This document shows positions 59,463 through 64,000 of a stretch of DNA of 64,000 nucleotides, in pieces. The stretch's first letter is position 1, and each line of letters starts with the position of its first letter. A program made the translations under genes and the position numbers. A model generated the notes under the pieces. It ran no database searches, was not told where the DNA came from, and saw only the letters and a program-made list of their open reading frames with translations. This DNA is from an uncultured Actinomycetota bacterium (GTDB lineage: Bacteria; Actinomycetota; Acidimicrobiia; Spongiisociales; UBA5794), in NCBI GenBank assembly GCA_963785245.1, contig CAWAUO010000001.1, positions 256,549 to 320,548 of the forward strand, given 5' to 3'.

Positions 59463-60199
59463 TGGCCGGACATTCCAAGTGGGCAAACATCAAACACCGC
59501 AAGGGGCGTCAAGACGCCAAGCGGGGCAAGCTGTTCGCGAAGCTCATCAAGGGGATCGAGGCTGCCGCTCGCGCTGGCGGATCGGACCTGGACGGAAACC
59601 CCGCTCTCGTCACGGCAGTTCAAAAGGCGAAGGACTCGTCTGTACCCAAGGACAACATCGAACGAGCCATCGCACGCGGAGCCGGTGACGACGGTGGGGT
59701 TGAGTACGAGGAGATTTGGTACGAAGGGTATGCGCCTGGGGGAGTAGCCCTCTACGTCGAGATCCTCACCGACAACCGCAACCGGGCTGCCGCGGAGGTC
59801 CGTTCGACCTTTACGAAGAACGGTGGCAGCCTCGGTGAACCCGGTTCGGTGGCCTATCTGTTCGAACAGAAGGGATATCTGTTGGTCACCGGCGACGAGG
59901 ACACCGTGATGATGGCAGCACTCGACGGCGGTGCCGATGACGTCGAGGAATCGGACGATCAGTGGGAGATCACCTGTTCGCCTGGAGACCTCCCGTCGGT
60001 CCGTTCTGCGCTCGAGGATGAGGGCGTCACGATCGAACAGGGTGAGGTCAGTCAGATCGCCTCGGTCTCGGTGCCGGTGAATGAGACGACGGCCCCCAAG
60101 GTCTTGCGTCTTGTCGATGCGCTCGAGGATCTCGACGACGTCCAGAGCGTCCATGCCAACTTCGACATCCCGGACGAAGTCCTCGCCAGCCTCGAGTAG
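59462..60199 (+). CDS. YebC/PmpR-family DNA-binding transcriptional regulator
   Basis: MAGHSKWANIKHRKGRQDAKRGKLFAKL... canonical N-terminus. Confidence 0.9.
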   Translation: MAGHSKWANIKHRKGRQDAKRGKLFAKLIKGIEAAARAGGSDLDGNPALVTAVQKAKDSSVPKDNIERAIARGAGDDGGVEYEEIWYEGYAPGGVALYVEILTDNRNRAAAEVRSTFTKNGGSLGEPGSVAYLFEQKGYLLVTGDEDTVMMAALDGGADDVEESDDQWEITCSPGDLPSVRSALEDEGVTIEQGEVSQIASVSVPVNETTAPKVLRLVDALEDLDDVQSVHANFDIPDEVLASLE

Positions 60200-60308
60200 C
60201 GGATCGAACAGCCAGGAAGCTGTCGTGGTTCCTGCGATCGCCGAGCAGCAATGCGTGTGCACGGCATCCTTGGGTTCAGATGCCGACACCCGCTACGATG
60301 GAGAACAT

Positions 60309-60797
60309 ATGTTCGTATTGGGTATCGACCCGGGCCTCACACGCACCGGATACGGGATCATCGAAGCGTCCGGGAGCACTGAGCGTGCGGTTGCGGCTGG
60401 CGTCATCCGCACCGACCCCGCGCATCCGCTTGGTCAACGCTTCGTCGAGCTTGCCCGTGACCTCCGCGAGATCGTGGAAGAATTCGAGCCGCAGGCGGCG
60501 GCGATCGAACAGGTCTTCGTGAACAACAACCTCCAGACCGCGATGTCCGTCGCCCGTGCGTCCGGGATCGCGTTGCTTGTCTTGTCGGAAGCCAATCTCG
60601 AGACGGCCGAGTACACACCGTCCGCCGTCAAGATGGCATTGACCGGCTCCGGTGTGGCCGACAAGCAGCAGATGCAGCGCGTCGTCGCGATGCGACTGCA
60701 TCTCCCGAGTGCCCCCAGCCCGGCAGACGCGGCCGACGCCCTGGCCGTGGCGCTGTGCCACCTCCAGCATCGGGCACTGAACGTGAGAGTCTCGTGA
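60309..60797 (+). CDS. ruvC: crossover junction endodeoxyribonuclease RuvC
   Basis: MFVLGIDPGLTRTGYGII... Confidence 0.9.
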   Translation: MFVLGIDPGLTRTGYGIIEASGSTERAVAAGVIRTDPAHPLGQRFVELARDLREIVEEFEPQAAAIEQVFVNNNLQTAMSVARASGIALLVLSEANLETAEYTPSAVKMALTGSGVADKQQMQRVVAMRLHLPSAPSPADAADALAVALCHLQHRALNVRVS

Positions 60798-61372
60798 TCG
60801 GACGACTGCGAGGCAGCCTCGCTTCGGTTCACGGCGAGACCGTGATCATCGATGTTGCCGGGGTGGGCTACGAGGTCGCGGTGACCAGTCGCACGTTCCT
60901 GGAACTCCCGTCACTCGGATCCGAGATTGTGCTTCACACTCATCTCCATGTGCGTGAGGACCAGATGGCGCTGTTTGGATTCACCGCGGCGGATGACCGA
61001 AACCTCTTCCGCCTGCTGCTTGGCACGTCCGGGATCGGACCGAAGGTCGGCCTGGCGATCCTCGCGACCATGTCAGCGGATGACTTGCGCCGTGTCGTGG
61101 CTACCGACGATGTCGCAGCACTGACCTCGGTCCCCGGCATCGGCAAGCGCACAGCCCAGAAGCTCCTGCTCGAGCTGCGTCCGAAGCTCGAGGTCCCGGA
61201 TGGTGATCTTCAGCTCTCGGGCCCGCTCTCCGAGGTTCGTTCCGCCCTCGAAGGCCTTGGCTATCAGTCCGAGGAGATCACCGTGGCGCTGAGGGACCTT
61301 CCGCCCGATCTTCCGGTCGCAGAGATGCTGCGAGAGTCGCTCCGAGCACTCGGGAAGCGAGGTGAAGGATGA
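60794..61372 (+). CDS. ruvA: Holliday junction branch-migration complex subunit RuvA
   Basis: [28 protein letters not shown]... HhH motifs [19 protein letters not shown]. Confidence 0.9.
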   Translation: MIGRLRGSLASVHGETVIIDVAGVGYEVAVTSRTFLELPSLGSEIVLHTHLHVREDQMALFGFTAADDRNLFRLLLGTSGIGPKVGLAILATMSADDLRRVVATDDVAALTSVPGIGKRTAQKLLLELRPKLEVPDGDLQLSGPLSEVRSALEGLGYQSEEITVALRDLPPDLPVAEMLRESLRALGKRGEG

Positions 61373-62400
61373 GAGACGAGGGACTCCTCACCGCCGTTCC
61401 GACGCCTGAGGACGTGGCAATCGAGGTCGGTCTGCGTCCCAGGAAGATGGATGAATTCGTGGGACAGAGCGCCCTCAAGGAACGCCTGGCGATCCTGATC
61501 GAAGCGGCACGGGGACGGGGAGAGGCGATCGACCATGTCCTCTTCTCTGGCCCGCCCGGCCTCGGCAAGACATCGCTCGCGGGCATCCTCGCCGAGGAGA
61601 TGGACGCCCAGTTCCGTGGGACCTCCGGCCCTGCGCTGGATCGCCCGGGCGATCTCGCCGCGGTGATCACCAACCTTGAAGCCGGTGATGTTCTGTTCAT
61701 TGACGAGATTCACCGCCTGCCTCGTCAGGTGGAAGAGGTGCTGTATCCGGCCATGGAGGACTTCCAACTCGACATCGTCGTCGGGAAGGGTCCGGCGGCC
61801 CGGTCGATCAAGATCGACCTGCCGCCGTTTACGCTCGTCGGAGCGACCACCCGCGTCGGCCGTGTCGCTCCGCCGCTCCGGGATCGGTTCGGATACGTCG
61901 CGCGCATCGACTACTACGAACCAGACGACCTCGCTGCCATCCTTCACCGATCTGCAGAGATTCTCGATGTCGACATCACCGAGTCGGGATCCGAAACGAT
62001 CGCCAGGCGGAGTCGCGGTACCCCTCGGGTGGCGAATCGTCTACTCCGGCGCGTTCGCGACTACGCCTCAGTTCGCGCCGACGGGCACGTCGACGATGAG
62101 GTCGCCGATCGCGCCCTCGAAGTCTTCGAGGTCGACGCCATGGGTCTCGACAAGGTTGACCGCGCGATCCTCTACGCGATCGTCGACAAGTTCGGGGGCG
62201 GCCCGGTCGGTCTCTCGACACTCGCGATCGCAGTTGGTGAAGATCCCGAGACGGTCGAAGACGCGTACGAACCGTTCCTCCTCCTCGAAGGCTTCCTCCA
62301 ACGAACGCCGAGAGGCCGCATCGCGACCGACCGAGCGTACGAACACCTCGGTGTGTCCCACGAAGTGGTCCCGGAGCCGCAGGGAACGTTGTTGGACTGA
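61369..62400 (+). CDS. ruvB: Holliday junction DNA helicase RuvB
   Basis: [19 protein letters not shown]...[16 protein letters not shown] (Walker A). Confidence 0.95.
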   Translation: MRDEGLLTAVPTPEDVAIEVGLRPRKMDEFVGQSALKERLAILIEAARGRGEAIDHVLFSGPPGLGKTSLAGILAEEMDAQFRGTSGPALDRPGDLAAVITNLEAGDVLFIDEIHRLPRQVEEVLYPAMEDFQLDIVVGKGPAARSIKIDLPPFTLVGATTRVGRVAPPLRDRFGYVARIDYYEPDDLAAILHRSAEILDVDITESGSETIARRSRGTPRVANRLLRRVRDYASVRADGHVDDEVADRALEVFEVDAMGLDKVDRAILYAIVDKFGGGPVGLSTLAIAVGEDPETVEDAYEPFLLLEGFLQRTPRGRIATDRAYEHLGVSHEVVPEPQGTLLD

Positions 62401-62463
62401 AGAGAGTCCCGAGTCACCAGTCCCCAGTCCAATTCCTTCCCTTCCCTTCAGGTGGAGGGTTCG

Positions 62464-62513
62464 TGGCGTCTGGCATCTGGCGTCTGGCGACCTCCAACTG
62501 GCGTCTGGCGACC
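62464..62513. repeat. three tandem copies of TGGCGTCTGGC(A/G)(T/A)CC immediately upstream of queA
   Basis: 62464-62477, 62478-62492 and 62499-62513 read directly. Preceded by a pyrimidine-rich CCCAGTCC/CCTTCC run at 62421-62450. Confidence 0.5.
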
Positions 62514-62537
62514 GCCTCTTCCTATCTTCCCCGTCCC

Positions 62538-63548
62538 ATGGACACTGCTGCTTTCGACTACGACCTTCCCGACGGCTCCATCGCACAGGAGGCGATCGAG
62601 CCGCGTGATGCCGCGCGGTTGCTCGTTGCGAGGAACATGGAGGATCGGGCGTTCGCTGACCTGCCGCAGATCCTTGAACCCGGCGATCTGGTGGTGGTCA
62701 ACAACACCCGGGTTCGTCCGGCCCGCATCCACGCCTTGAAGGACACCGGGGGACGGGTCGAACTGCTCCTCACGAAGCAGATATCGGAGACCGAGTGGGA
62801 ATCGATGGTTCGTCCTGCCAGACGGATCAGGGCCGGGACGAACCTCATCGCCGGTCCGCTGCAGATGACGGTTGCCACCGAACCAGATCGTGGGATCGTC
62901 ACGCTCCACATCGAATCAGACGAGTCCGTCGATGAGATCCTCGAGACACTCGGAGAGATACCGCTGCCGCCGTACTTCCATGGTGCGCTCGAAGACGACG
63001 AGCGGTATCAGACGATGTTCGCCACCACGATCGGTTCGGCAGCAGCGCCGACGGCCGCGTTGCACTTCACACCGGCACTCGTCGAAGCGATACGCGAGCG
63101 GGGGGTCCACTTCGCCGAGGTTGATCTTGAGGTCGGACTCGACACGTTCCGCCCGATGGACGACGGTCCCATCATCGACCACCACATGCACCGAGAGCGA
63201 TACGACGTGCCGCGTGCGACGGCTGCGGCCATTGCTGAGACGAAGCAGCGAGGCTCCCGGGTCGTCGCGGTCGGTACGACCGTGGTCCGAACGCTCGAGA
63301 CGGCTGCACGCGACGACGGGAGCGTCCGGGCAGGAGTCGGGTCCACGGAGCTGTTCATCAGCCCGGGCTACCGGCCCAGCGTGATCGACGCAGTCATCAC
63401 CAACTTCCACGCTCCTCGAACCACGCTGATCGTGATGATCGCGACATTGATCGGGCCGGCATGGCGTGAGGTCTACGATCACGCAATCGAGTCCGGCTAC
63501 CGCTTTCTTTCGTTCGGAGACGCCATGTTCATCGAGGTTGATCAATGA
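62538..63548 (+). CDS. queA: S-adenosylmethionine:tRNA ribosyltransferase-isomerase QueA
   Basis: [30 protein letters not shown]...PLPPYF... Confidence 0.9.
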   Translation: MDTAAFDYDLPDGSIAQEAIEPRDAARLLVARNMEDRAFADLPQILEPGDLVVVNNTRVRPARIHALKDTGGRVELLLTKQISETEWESMVRPARRIRAGTNLIAGPLQMTVATEPDRGIVTLHIESDESVDEILETLGEIPLPPYFHGALEDDERYQTMFATTIGSAAAPTAALHFTPALVEAIRERGVHFAEVDLEVGLDTFRPMDDGPIIDHHMHRERYDVPRATAAAIAETKQRGSRVVAVGTTVVRTLETAARDDGSVRAGVGSTELFISPGYRPSVIDAVITNFHAPRTTLIVMIATLIGPAWREVYDHAIESGYRFLSFGDAMFIEVDQ

Positions 63549-64000
63549 CAGCGGTTCACTGGCGCCTCGCCGCTAGCGACGGGAAGGCCCGAACGGGCTC
63601 GATGATCACACCTCACGGCGACGTGGAAACGCCGAACTTCATGCCGGTTGGGACTCGGGCGACCGTCAAGACCATGGACGTCGAGGATCTGCAAACCGTC
63701 GGAGCCCAGATCGTGCTCTCGAACACCTATCACCTGATGCTGCGGCCAGGCGAGGACGTGGTATCCCGACTCGGAGAACTCCACGGATTCATGGCATGGG
63801 ACGGTCCGATCCTCACCGACAGCGGCGGCTACCAGGTGCTCTCCCTGAGCCCGAAGATCAGTGAAGAGGGTCTGGTGTTCCGCAGCACCTACGACGGTGC
63901 GCGCGTCGAGTTGACGCCGGAGCGGGCCGTCGGCGTGCAAGAGGCGCTCGGTTCGGACATCGCCATGGCGCTCGACGTCCCCGTGCCGCTCCCATCGAGC
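63545..64000 (+). CDS. tgt: queuine tRNA-ribosyltransferase Tgt (partial, runs off the right edge)
   Basis: ...[29 protein letters not shown]...[12 protein letters not shown]...DSGGYQV. Confidence 0.85.
   Translation, partial: MTAVHWRLAASDGKARTGSMITPHGDVETPNFMPVGTRATVKTMDVEDLQTVGAQIVLSNTYHLMLRPGEDVVSRLGELHGFMAWDGPILTDSGGYQVLSLSPKISEEGLVFRSTYDGARVELTPERAVGVQEALGSDIAMALDVPVPLPSS

Noticed and set aside
1-64000. CRISPR arrays, rRNA, toxin-antitoxin or restriction-modification/defence cassettes
   Set aside because: No regularly spaced direct-repeat arrays, no rRNA-like conserved stretches, and no nuclease, methyltransferase or ATPase defence-type domains recognised in the island ORFs.

Overview
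High-GC actinobacterial chromosome segment. The lineage call rests on mycothiol synthase mshD, the pgsA-acyltransferase-pimA phosphatidylinositol-mannoside cluster, and the conserved thrS ... pdxS-pdxT-yebC-ruvC-ruvA-ruvB-queA-tgt synteny. Positions 1 to about 15230 look like a degraded integrative element or genomic island: a near-complete tyrosine integrase at the left edge, a second recombinase C-terminal fragment, two further integrase fragments sharing about 235 to 260 bp of near-identity with the first, and a tRNA 3'-end remnant. Between them is cargo: secreted HtrA-like protease, lipoproteins, phytase-like esterase, GNAT, thioesterase, NTF2-like protein, and two paralogous small Cys proteins. 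The most unusual signal is a paralogous gene 3'-end module of about 45 codons (consensus (R)PPxGVWMPQ(V/L)AQAERDGWPEEYTGEGMEATRRFFG) present four times in 4.5 kb. One copy terminates an intact HTH gene, which carries a G6-tract frameshift; the other three are pseudogene stubs. A recurrent ATAT-core palindromic motif, a candidate operator, also recurs in the island. The remainder is core genome: a mrp Na+/H+ antiporter operon with the order A-B-C-D-F and a fused G/E gene, flanked by paralogous wHTH regulators and a CPA-antiporter N-terminal pseudogene stub; a Kef-type antiporter coupled to a siderophore-interacting protein; a tupABC tungstate-type ABC importer with a ModE-like regulator; a DASS transporter translationally coupled to a cytoplasmic cNMP-domain histidine kinase and a stand-alone receiver; an Lrp-regulated methionine gamma-lyase plus tryptophanase pair; patatin, mshD, thrS, MMPL; then the citrate synthase to tgt block. 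At least four apparent frameshifts sit in G/C-rich tracts (HTH gene, a membrane protein, citrate synthase, pgsA); these are either assembly indels or genuine pseudogenisation. No CRISPR array, rRNA or intact tRNA was seen.
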